Source of the DNA: a virus
DNA length: 64,000 nt
IMG/VR virus record: IMGVR_UViG_3300012662_000001
Coordinates: 42,558 to 106,557 of that record
Strand: one strand, 5' to 3'
The notes under the pieces were generated by a model. That model had not been told where the DNA came from. It searched no databases and was given only the letters and a program-made list of their open reading frames with translations. Shown piece after piece: positions 45,013 through 54,600 of the stretch. How positions within the stretch are numbered: the stretch's first letter is position 1; every line of letters starts with the position of its first letter. The position numbers and the translations under genes are program-made.

Positions 45013-45653
45013 TTATGTGGAACGCTGTCTGGAAGTTTGTTTGTAGAAACTGGAAATGGGTCGTGATGGGTGTGCTTGTCGTGGCGTTGCTTGCTTCTAT
45101 GACCTATTCCAGAAGTATGCGGTTGCGGTGGCTTCGTGAGAAAGGCAATGTGGACGCCCTCACTATGGACTATAAGCTGTCCGAGACAAGGAGGGGTGAA
45201 GCTGTGGCCACCATTCAGGAGCTTCAATATACGGTTGATGAGTTTAAGAGACGTCAGATTGGTGATGCGGCCACAATAAAAGAACTGAGAATTCGTGCGA
45301 GTGAGGTACGTGAGGTGGTGAAGACGGTTGTTGAGACAAGGATTGTATATCGGGACACTATGATTTTGATGCGACCTGATTCTGTCTTGCATTGGAACTA
45401 TGGCACAAAGTGGTGGTCAGTTGACCAGACTATAGATTTGGCGAAAAATCCGCCCATTACGGAATTTAATCTGCATACTCGAGATAGTTTGACACACTAT
45501 CTGTATCGTGTTCCCAAATGTCGGTTTTTGGGTCTGCATTTTGGTGTTAAGGGGTATGAGATAAAGGTTGTGAATCACAATCCTAATTCCACGATAAGTT
45601 ATGCAAGGTGGATCTCAGTGTCAAGGGATAAACAGAAAAGAAACAGAGAATAA
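45009..45653 (+). CDS. type II membrane protein with coiled coil (spanin/holin-accessory-like)
   Basis: Transmembrane segment WKWVVMGVLVVALLASMTY followed by a helical region; ATGA-coupled to the DUF5675-like gene. Confidence 0.45.
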   Translation: MIMWNAVWKFVCRNWKWVVMGVLVVALLASMTYSRSMRLRWLREKGNVDALTMDYKLSETRRGEAVATIQELQYTVDEFKRRQIGDAATIKELRIRASEVREVVKTVVETRIVYRDTMILMRPDSVLHWNYGTKWWSVDQTIDLAKNPPITEFNLHTRDSLTHYLYRVPKCRFLGLHFGVKGYEIKVVNHNPNSTISYARWISVSRDKQKRNRE

Positions 45654-48197
45654 ATGGCTTCATTTGTATTGGCGGAGTTCCCGCAGGTCGGGACAGGTTT
45701 CACGATAAGGACACAGTCAATTCCATTGGCTGGTCTTGTCTGTGTTATGCGTATGGCGAGAGCTGACTCCGGAAGCCTGTTCAGGTATTCACTTGATGGT
45801 GGTCTGACATACACAGGATGGTACACTGTTAATGATGATTCCTTGAAGATGTGTCTTTTTATGAAGGACACCTTTGAAGTTGTACTTGACTATGTGACCA
45901 AGGTTAAGGGGGTGGTTCCGTCCGGAAGAATAATATTCAGTAAGGATATTCTGGATATGCCGTCCAGTGGTTTTCCAGTACAGAACGGCATATCTTCAAG
46001 TGATGCGTGGGAGATAACCATTGGTGCTGAGAGTGAATCCACCGAGCCTGTTGAAGACGGAATGCAGCCTGTTGATTCTGTGGTGTTTGATAGAACAGGC
46101 TTTAAGAATTTCTTTGACGTAAACGATCTGGAAGTTGTTGGGTGGGCTTGGAACGTCCTTGAAAAAATGTATATTCACGGTGTTGTTCCTATCTATATAT
46201 CCAGAGTCAATGCCGATGATTTCAATTCCTTTTTCCTTGCGATCACTCATCTATTTGCGATAATAGTTGTTTATGGTCGCAAATATCGCAGGATAGAAAA
46301 TAGCGAAGTCTTGATGAAGACATTCCTTGAACAGTGGGGTATTGTATATGAGACAATATCCACTCAGGAGGAACGAACAAATATTTTCAATGACTGGATA
46401 GGTGAGTTCAGCAGGAGGGGTACTTCACAGATATCAGATGAGGGTGTTCCTAATAGTGAACTTCGTAGGTTGCTTGGGTATAGCAAGCCGAGTGAGTTTC
46501 TGTTTTCTGTTTTGGAACCTTGCAATGTTGGATGGTGTGTTGGGTACTCTTCTCCTATGTGGTATGGCACTGAATCCGTGAACGCTGTCTCCAAGGGGTG
46601 GGACTATGGACTGGACTGGCTTCGTGGTGATGGGGTGCGAGGGGTTGGTTCATCTGAAATCTATCCTATTGTAGGTAATCTTACAAGAGTGAACACCGTT
46701 GATGGGTATGTGTTTCAGACAGGTTCTGGAAGATGCGGTCTATTTTCCACCAATAAGTCCAAGGCTGTGGAAGTTTACGCTGGAATGGACTATGAAGTGA
46801 CTGTGTGGGTTAAGGTGCTGTCTTCAGACGGTGTTCAGAATATTGACTTTGGCGTAAACTGTTTTGATGCCAATGGTGGTGCTCTGAAGCAGGTCAGTCT
46901 GACTGATCTTCGAATGTCAGATAGTTTCTTTGAGCGAGACGCTGATTACAGTCCGTGTCTTGTGCCTAATGTGTGGTATAGACTTCGTGGTGTGATTTAT
47001 AACGTGCTTGCGGATAGAGATCAGAGTATGTATCTGAATTTTAAGGGTGGAAGACCTTTGAAGTTTGTCAACGGTACGGCATATCTTGCCCCATACATCA
47101 TTCAGGGGGATCAATCCAGTGTTACGATGCAGATTGGCGGTGTGATAGTGAAGCCGTTGAATCTCTTCCCGAAGCATCAGACATACAATGTGTCCATTGG
47201 TGATTTCGTTCCTATGTTGATGGAGGGTTATCCTGTTCAGGAACATTCGTGGAAGAACGGTGCTGGAGATGATATGGTTACGACAATATCTCCAGTGGGG
47301 CAGGGTTTTCTTGGTTCAAAGGATGTTGTAGCCATTTATTCACAGATAAATTCAGCCAGAACCAAGAAGGATATTGAATCCTTTATTAGAAATTATCTCC
47401 TTTCCTACAAGGAGGTGTTCTGGGGTGCGTGGCTTGATTATATTCGTCGCTCTTCCTTTTATCTTACATTTGCTGTGACAAAGGCCATTAATGGAGTTCC
47501 TCTCGTGGATGCTGTTGTTACGCTTGATAATGGTCTTTCGGGTGTTACGGATGAGGAGGGGTATATTCGATTTGAGATTGAGACAGGCGTTACTGTGAAC
47601 TGGGAAGTCACGAAGAAAGGTGTTCGTGAGATTGGCACGGTGCAGATGACTGATGATAGATTGGTGGAAGTTGCATTGAATCTGCCTGTTGATGTGAATG
47701 TTTCTATCTATCAGGATGGATGGGGTACTGTTGATGTTGGTGGTTCGCTTGTTCCAGGATCAACTATGACCTTGACGGCTGTTGCCACAAATGGGTTCAC
47801 GTTTAAATCCTGGGAAGTGAATTATGAGGAGTTTACGGCCAATCCGTTAAGTTATTCTGTTACAGGGTATGTGGATCCAATTGATGTGCTCGCCATATTT
47901 GAAAGGAGCGGTGAATTCACGTTCGTTCCACATAGAGTTGAGATTCCTTATGATGGTGGAACGGCTACCGTTAAGGCCATATCATCCAAGAAGTGGGCTT
48001 TGGACACCATTGATGCGGATTGGGTGTCTGTAAGTCCGAAGTCTGGGGAAGCAGGTACAACTGAGGTAAGAATTGAGGTTGGTGATGTCACCTATGATAA
48101 GTTCACTGTGAAGTCTGAGGACTCTAATGATTATGAGGACTTTACCTGTGAGACTGGAGGAAGTGTTGCTGATGAATTGTTTGTAAAAAGTAAATAG
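45654..48197 (+). CDS. tail fibre / receptor-binding protein with carboxypeptidase-regulatory-like and C-terminal BACON-like domains
   Basis: 847 aa. VDAVVTLDNGLSGVTDEEGYIRFEI is CarboxypepD_reg-like. DADWVSVSPKSGEAGTTEVRIEV is BACON-like. Confidence 0.55.
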   Translation: MASFVLAEFPQVGTGFTIRTQSIPLAGLVCVMRMARADSGSLFRYSLDGGLTYTGWYTVNDDSLKMCLFMKDTFEVVLDYVTKVKGVVPSGRIIFSKDILDMPSSGFPVQNGISSSDAWEITIGAESESTEPVEDGMQPVDSVVFDRTGFKNFFDVNDLEVVGWAWNVLEKMYIHGVVPIYISRVNADDFNSFFLAITHLFAIIVVYGRKYRRIENSEVLMKTFLEQWGIVYETISTQEERTNIFNDWIGEFSRRGTSQISDEGVPNSELRRLLGYSKPSEFLFSVLEPCNVGWCVGYSSPMWYGTESVNAVSKGWDYGLDWLRGDGVRGVGSSEIYPIVGNLTRVNTVDGYVFQTGSGRCGLFSTNKSKAVEVYAGMDYEVTVWVKVLSSDGVQNIDFGVNCFDANGGALKQVSLTDLRMSDSFFERDADYSPCLVPNVWYRLRGVIYNVLADRDQSMYLNFKGGRPLKFVNGTAYLAPYIIQGDQSSVTMQIGGVIVKPLNLFPKHQTYNVSIGDFVPMLMEGYPVQEHSWKNGAGDDMVTTISPVGQGFLGSKDVVAIYSQINSARTKKDIESFIRNYLLSYKEVFWGAWLDYIRRSSFYLTFAVTKAINGVPLVDAVVTLDNGLSGVTDEEGYIRFEIETGVTVNWEVTKKGVREIGTVQMTDDRLVEVALNLPVDVNVSIYQDGWGTVDVGGSLVPGSTMTLTAVATNGFTFKSWEVNYEEFTANPLSYSVTGYVDPIDVLAIFERSGEFTFVPHRVEIPYDGGTATVKAISSKKWALDTIDADWVSVSPKSGEAGTTEVRIEVGDVTYDKFTVKSEDSNDYEDFTCETGGSVADELFVKSK

Positions 48198-48205
48198 GTT
48201 GTGAT

Positions 48206-49105
48206 ATGAGTAGAATTAATATTCACAGAGGAACATTTCTGGAGAAGGAGGAACTTGTGCGAATGCTGTCATTTCTGGAGAATAGAGATGATATATCAGC
48301 GGTTCTTTCATCTTCATTGACATACGGCATTGTCTCTCCAGGAGCAAAGGCAGGAACGGCATTTTCTGTCTCTGTTTCAGCAAAGGGTAATGCGGTGGAC
48401 ATTGCAGGAGGTTATATCATAACTCCGTCCAATAAGGCGTTTAGACTGCCTGATACGACAGAGTTTGCCATTCCAGTGGATAATCAATTTTATTGGTTGA
48501 AGATTAGTCCAAGAGAACGCAATTATGAGGACGGAACCGTTCAGGTGGACGTGTCCGGGAATGTTTCCGGAAGTGTGTTCTTTAACGGTGTTGTTCGCAG
48601 TCAGTCCTCAGGCGTGCCTACCTGTATTAAGTTCGTGAAGAGCGACGGTTCCACACCGAAGAATAGTCAGGTTTATCAGGTGGTGGACATTGTGGATGAT
48701 AATAATATCATTCTGTCAGGCGGTCAGGTGTTTGTGAAGGAATCTGATCTTAAGGTTGTGGTGCTTGGTTCCATTCCTATGGGTAGGAGGTTCACCGATG
48801 AACAATTGGAGGGTCTATACACCTTTACTGACGTGGAAGTTAGTCTTGTCGAGGAGGTTTCCACTGGAGAGGCTCCACAGAAGGACACTGATGAATATTA
48901 CATCGCCAGAATAAAAAACAATGGTGGGAACATTGTCTGGGGTGATGAACGTTCAGAGTTTTGGAGTCTTGGAACAGGCAGTGGTGGTGATACACCGACA
49001 CCTCCTACTCCATCAGGGTATGAGAATTATCAGGTTCTTACTGAAACTGGTTTGTATGAGGACTTTGAGGTTACTGATGGTGTTATGCAGGTGGTTGAAC
49101 AATAA
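48206..49105 (+). CDS. hypothetical tail fibre-associated protein
   Basis: Position. Confidence 0.4.
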   Translation: MSRINIHRGTFLEKEELVRMLSFLENRDDISAVLSSSLTYGIVSPGAKAGTAFSVSVSAKGNAVDIAGGYIITPSNKAFRLPDTTEFAIPVDNQFYWLKISPRERNYEDGTVQVDVSGNVSGSVFFNGVVRSQSSGVPTCIKFVKSDGSTPKNSQVYQVVDIVDDNNIILSGGQVFVKESDLKVVVLGSIPMGRRFTDEQLEGLYTFTDVEVSLVEEVSTGEAPQKDTDEYYIARIKNNGGNIVWGDERSEFWSLGTGSGGDTPTPPTPSGYENYQVLTETGLYEDFEVTDGVMQVVEQ

Positions 49106-49117
49106 GGGAGGTGAATT

Positions 49118-49693
49118 ATGCAACTCTATTATACAACAACAACAGGCTACAATGCCATTCAGACCAATCCAAGCAGGTCTCTTGGAGGATTTAAGTCATC
49201 AACACTTGTCATTAATGATGACTTTTCCAATCTCTTTGATGACATATCTATTATGACGGTGCGTAATGCACGTCCGGAATATCGAGCCATTATCCTTAAG
49301 AATGAATTCGCCAATCAGGTTCGCAAGGTGAAAGTGTCAGTTCAAAGTACGAATGATTCCATCTGCCGATATAAGATGGCCGTGGAATATCTCGTTACGG
49401 CGGATAAGTACGGCACAAAGAAGATGAGCAACGTGCAGTCGGCTCAAAGCAGACCATTTGCCGCACAGTTTGTGGATATGACGGAGGGTGTGACACTTGA
49501 TCTCGCTGAGACGCTTAATTCAGGTCAGGAGGTCGGCATCTGGATATGCCGTGAAATTGATAAGGTCAGGGCTAAAGAACAATATGACAATGTCTGCAAG
49601 CCTGACCCTACAGACCCTACTGGAAGATGCTATGTGGCGGTGGAACGACTAACTGAGGAGACCGTTGATATAGTGGTTGACTGGAAAGGTTAA
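49118..49693 (+). CDS. hypothetical protein
   Basis: Position. Confidence 0.4.
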   Translation: MQLYYTTTTGYNAIQTNPSRSLGGFKSSTLVINDDFSNLFDDISIMTVRNARPEYRAIILKNEFANQVRKVKVSVQSTNDSICRYKMAVEYLVTADKYGTKKMSNVQSAQSRPFAAQFVDMTEGVTLDLAETLNSGQEVGIWICREIDKVRAKEQYDNVCKPDPTDPTGRCYVAVERLTEETVDIVVDWKG

Positions 49694-49724
49694 TCAACCG
49701 AATTAAGTTAGAAATGATTTCGTT

Positions 49725-50252
49725 ATGCTGTATGACACAGACACCTATCAGAACATTGTTCTGACACTATATGACTATCTTCAACGGAGTGTGAAGAAGT
49801 CTCCACGTTCCATAAAGTGGGAAAAGCCGTCTCATCAGAAGACGGTTCTTTCCTTTATAGAAAGTCTGCCTGATACGGCTGGGGTGCAGTTCATCTGGGA
49901 CTTTCTTGTCTTTCAGTTCTATGTGTATAATTTTCAGGATCAGCAGTTAAGACCTCTTCCAGCTTGGTTTATGGGTAAGGAGGCCTGGAATAGGTGGAAC
50001 TCCTATGATGACGGTGCAAGGCATCACACCCTTGAATGGGCGAAGGATCATCATATAGAGAATCCATTGAGGAATGTGAACTATAAGAGTGTTTCTCAGG
50101 CGGCACTGGAGGGGGAACGGCTACGAATGTCTCGTATTTCTGGGCCGAACTATTGCGGCCTGAAGTATGAGAACCCCTATGATGATTCCAGCAGAATATG
50201 TATGTCGTGCCCTTTTGTGCTGGACTGTGACATTCTTTATGGAGGAAAGTGA
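49725..50252 (+). CDS. hypothetical protein (first gene preceded by the conserved leader motif)
   Basis: AGAAATGATTTCGTTATG leader at 49710-49727. Confidence 0.45.
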   Translation: MLYDTDTYQNIVLTLYDYLQRSVKKSPRSIKWEKPSHQKTVLSFIESLPDTAGVQFIWDFLVFQFYVYNFQDQQLRPLPAWFMGKEAWNRWNSYDDGARHHTLEWAKDHHIENPLRNVNYKSVSQAALEGERLRMSRISGPNYCGLKYENPYDDSSRICMSCPFVLDCDILYGGK

Positions 50253-50253
50253 T

Positions 50254-50649
50254 ATGGGTGTGAAAGGTGTGTGTCGCAAGTGTGGACGTGAGACAATAAT
50301 AGTCAATAGGACGCACTGTCTATGTGATTCGTGCAATTATAGACGTCTGCATAATGGTCTATCACGATTTGAGTACAAGTTTACGACAAAGAAGTTTCCA
50401 GAAAGAGCACGAAGGAAGCGCACTGGAGAAGCGGAGCTTTTTAAGGAGATATGGGAAGAGCGTCCGCACGTCTGTTCACATTGTGGTAGGCAACTCCCTT
50501 CTCCTATGCGAGCAGGTTATTTTAGTCATATTCACTCCAAGGGGGCGAGACCTGACTTACGATTTTGCAAGGATAATATAGAGTTATTATGTTTGGAGTG
50601 CCATTCACAGCACGAATTTGGATTTAATTATGAAAGAGATTCTTGTTAA
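50254..50649 (+). CDS. HNH-type zinc-finger endonuclease, NinG/Rap-like
   Basis: CRKCGRE...CDSCNYRR plus FSHIHSKGARPDLRFCKDNIELLCLECHSQHE. Confidence 0.55.
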   Translation: MGVKGVCRKCGRETIIVNRTHCLCDSCNYRRLHNGLSRFEYKFTTKKFPERARRKRTGEAELFKEIWEERPHVCSHCGRQLPSPMRAGYFSHIHSKGARPDLRFCKDNIELLCLECHSQHEFGFNYERDSC

Positions 50650-51019
50650 GTTAAAACTACTGGCTGACATTCTTGGAATAGGTGCTGTGTCAGCGGAGGT
50701 TGAAAAGATTATGCTTCAGGAGCAGCAGGTTTCAACAGAGACAGTTCTTCGTCTTCTTGGTGAGTTGCTTTCAGTGCTGTCCACTATGAGTAGAAGGATG
50801 ATGCGCTTTAGGGATAGAACAGGGCAGATTCTTTCTAAGGGCTTTATCATTATGTTTCGCAAGAGTGAGACAGTTGAGGGTGAGCCCACCATTGTCATAA
50901 ATGACTTTGGTGCAGGGTTAAAGGCTGAGAATAATCCTGTTATAGAACTGGAGCTTGTTTATGACGATGTTGATGTGCGTGATGAGGACTTTGACACGTT
51001 GTTATTAATGAAAAACTAA
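50630..51019 (+). CDS. hypothetical protein
   Basis: ORF with ATG at 50630. Confidence 0.4.
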   Translation: MKEILVKLKLLADILGIGAVSAEVEKIMLQEQQVSTETVLRLLGELLSVLSTMSRRMMRFRDRTGQILSKGFIIMFRKSETVEGEPTIVINDFGAGLKAENNPVIELELVYDDVDVRDEDFDTLLLMKN

Positions 51020-51032
51020 AAATGATTTTGTT

Positions 51033-51692
51033 ATGAATTCCACGATTAGATACATAATTGTTGGCGATAGTGAGACTGGAGGTCTTCCTAATAAGGACAA
51101 ACAGGCTTTCTATGACATTGCATTATGTGAATTTGCCTTTGTCGTCATAGATATTCAGGAAATGAAAGTGGTGGAGGAATGGAGCACTCTTTTCAGACCC
51201 TATAAGGACAATCTTGAATACAACCCCAAGGCACTTGAGGTCAACGGTCTTACGGTTGAGCAGTTGCAGGAGAGTGGTGATGACTTGAAGAACATTTACA
51301 AGGAGATGGTTACACTGTTTAAGAAGTATAAGAATCCTCGTATAGGGGCAGTGCTTGCAGGGCATAATTTTCAGCCGTTTGATATGCCTTTCTTGATTAA
51401 TATGTTTGAGTTCTGTGGCGACAATATCTGGAACTATGTCACATTTGTGGAGGATACGATGAAATTGGCTTGGTATCGTGCCACGGAGCAGGAGAATTAC
51501 AAGCTCGGAACGTGCTGTCGTATGGAGGGTGTTGACTTGGTTGATGCTCATCGTGCCCTTGCTGACACCAAGGCAAATGCTCTGTTGCTTCTAAAATATA
51601 TTTCCTATCTGCGTGGCTCTGGGGAGGGTTTAGATGTTGCGGCTCCAAGGATGAAGCCGTCTTCCTTTAGAGAGACGTTTCAACTTGTGTAG
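51033..51692 (+). CDS. DnaQ-like 3'-5' exonuclease (DEDDh)
   Basis: Exo I IVGDSETGGL, Exo II LAGHNFQPFDMPFL, Exo III HRALADTKA. Confidence 0.8.
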   Translation: MNSTIRYIIVGDSETGGLPNKDKQAFYDIALCEFAFVVIDIQEMKVVEEWSTLFRPYKDNLEYNPKALEVNGLTVEQLQESGDDLKNIYKEMVTLFKKYKNPRIGAVLAGHNFQPFDMPFLINMFEFCGDNIWNYVTFVEDTMKLAWYRATEQENYKLGTCCRMEGVDLVDAHRALADTKANALLLLKYISYLRGSGEGLDVAAPRMKPSSFRETFQLV

Positions 51693-51694
51693 TG

Positions 51695-54600
51695 ATGATT
51701 GAGTTTAATGAGAATAATAGTCTTTCTTTTCGGCAGTTGGATAGCATTATAGACACTGTGACGAGAATAGTACAGAACCTCCCTGTAAAGGCCGTAAATC
51801 AGCTTATGGAAGCATATAAGGGAGATCAGGACGCTATGCTGTCAGAGATATTTCGTCAGACGGAGAATGTTCTGAAGTTGAACACCACACTGGAGACGGA
51901 GCGTTTGTCCTATGTGGATCAACTGACTGAGAGTATGGATGATTCTCTGAAAATAATGTCATATAACTACTTTAAGACCACAATGCTTCCTAACTTTAGA
52001 CAGGGGTGGAGGAATCTTGAATGGGGTAATATGATTCAACTGTATCCGAATAGTGGCTATCTTGCGGCTCGTTCTCACGGAAAGTGTTTTCTGGCTGGAA
52101 CTCATATATTGATGGCTGACTGGACAGTGAAGAGCGTGGAGGATATCTATCCTGGAATGGAAGTGATGGGTATGGACTTCACTCCGAGAAAGGTTCTTAC
52201 ACGGCATATCGGTCGGTCACAGATGTTTACCGTGCATCAGGAGAACGGTATTTCCTATACCGTGAATAGATTTCACATTCTCTGTCTATGGGATACGAAG
52301 AGGAAGCACTATGTTGAGGTTCCGATGGGAAACTTCTTGAAGTATCCTCAGGAGAAGCAGAATAGGTTTAGGGGGTATAGAGTGTTTTCGAGTGACAATC
52401 CAATACTGGAATATTCACCTATAACCGTTGAATCGTATGGTGATGGCTCATATTATGGCTTTGCCTGTGATGGTGACCATAAGTTTCTTCTGGAGGATAA
52501 TACAGTTGTTCACAACTCCTATGAATTCTGTATGGCGTTTCCTTTGTGGAGAATGTATTCCTATCGTAGACCGAACTTTATGAAGCCTGATATTCCGGAT
52601 AATAAGAATAGAAAGGAAACGTGTATTATAACCAATACGGAAACACTCGGTAAGGAACATCTGGATAAGGTTAAGGAGGAGATTCATACCAATGAAGCAC
52701 TTTCAGCGGTGCTTAATCCGAACGGCAAGGCTTCTCTTGGTGCTACTGGCTTTGAATGTGAGAATGGATCCAAGTTGCATCTTAGAGGAAAGGACGGCTT
52801 TATCCGAGGTCTTCACGTGGGGGCGGCTGTGTCTGATGACCTCCCTGATGATAGTTCCATTTATAGTCTTGAACAAAGAGAAAAATTGAGAGATTTATTC
52901 AAGGGTGCTATCACGCCTATTGTGGAGCCGTATGGTTACAATATCGTGGACGGCTGTGTTACGCCTGATACACTTGTGCTAACGGCTGATGGCATTAAGG
53001 AAATTGGGCAGCTTGCGCCTGTTGGTCTTGACTCTGAACGTGGTTACTATGACTGGAAAGGTCAGGCGTATAATGGTCAGAATCTGGAGAATGTGTTGTC
53101 TTATTATGTGAATGGCAATACTGAGACAATTCGTGTGATACTTGACAGAGGGTTTGAATTAGAGACAAGTCACGTTCATCCAGTGCTTGTGTGTGACACG
53201 GATGGTAGGTTTGTGTGGCGTAAGTGTGAGGATCTTTCTGTTGGTGACTATGTGGCCGTGAAAATTGGTTCTAATGTATGGGGCAAGCCTTTGAATATTG
53301 ATAGAGAGGAATTGTATCAGATGGGAATGTGTGTGGCTGATGGGTGCTTGAGTGAAGATAGAATAACAATAGCCAAAAAGGTTGATGGAATACGAAAGTA
53401 CTTTATTGATGAACAGGGCTGGCATCCTGTGAAAGGTGCTACACACGATGATATTTACTTTAGGTGGTATAGACAGGAGAAACGTGAACTTTGGCATTCT
53501 CTTGGTTATGAATATGGTCTGTATAGTCACACTAAATCCATTCCAGAGAAAGTGCTTTCAGCTTCCAAGGCTGACTTGTGTGCATTTCTTTCAGGGTATT
53601 TTGACGGTGATGGATGTTTAACAAGAAATGATAGAGATCATTATCATATCAGTTGTTTTTCTGTAAGTAAACGACTAATTCAGCAGATTCAGTTCGTGCT
53701 TTTGAATATGGGCATAGTTTCACACGTTGCCTATAAGAAATGTCAATCCACTGAAAAGGTTAAGACAGATAGAATGGGATATCTATTGCGTATAAATTCT
53801 CAGAATATGATTCAGAAATTTATGCGTGAAATTGGTTTTCCTCATTCGGGCAAGGCGGATAAATATGTTGACTCAGAAGTTAAGGTGAATAATGTCTGTC
53901 AATACGGTGTGCCTTATCAACGTGACTTGTTTAAGCGAATAAGAAAACAGATTCACTTGACTGATGAAGATAAGAAGCAGTTTGGGTTGGAATCATTTAA
54001 GACACAGAATAGAACAGAGATTCCTATCTATACTGTGAGTGAAATGCAGAGATTGTCCAAGTGGGTTGAAAATTCAGAGTTGCGAAATGAAGATGCTTCT
54101 ATCTTTTTGAGTAATGCAAGATTAGGGTATGTTTTCTTACCTGTGAAGTGCTTGGAACAGGGGCAGAGTGTTACAGTTGATTTTTCAATGCAGGAGACAC
54201 ATTCCTTTGTTTCCAATGGAATTATTTCTCATAACACGCCGTATCAGGCCCAAGATCTCTATTATGAACTGAAGCAGGATCCAAAATTTATGGTATTTGA
54301 ATATCCAGCGATATTTCCTGATGGTAGACTTCTGGCTCCTGACCGTTTCACGTTTGACAAGTTAATGGAGGAGAAGAAGTCCGTTGGTACGCTTGTGTTC
54401 AGTCGTGAATATCTTGTTGTTCCCATTTCGGATGATTCCACCATATTTCCTATGGAGATATTAATGCGAAGCACGATAGGAATGGAGAATGTGCGGCTTG
54501 TGGATAACATTGAATCGTTTCCATTCAAGTTGTCCAGAGTGGTTGTGGGGTGTGACTTTGCCGTGTCAGGAAACGTGGGTGCTGACTACACCTGTTACAC

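Noticed and set aside
44443-45392. Two minus-strand ORFs (155 and 165 aa)
   Set aside because: They are antisense to the DUF5675-like and membrane-protein genes, have no motifs, and break the unidirectional operon.
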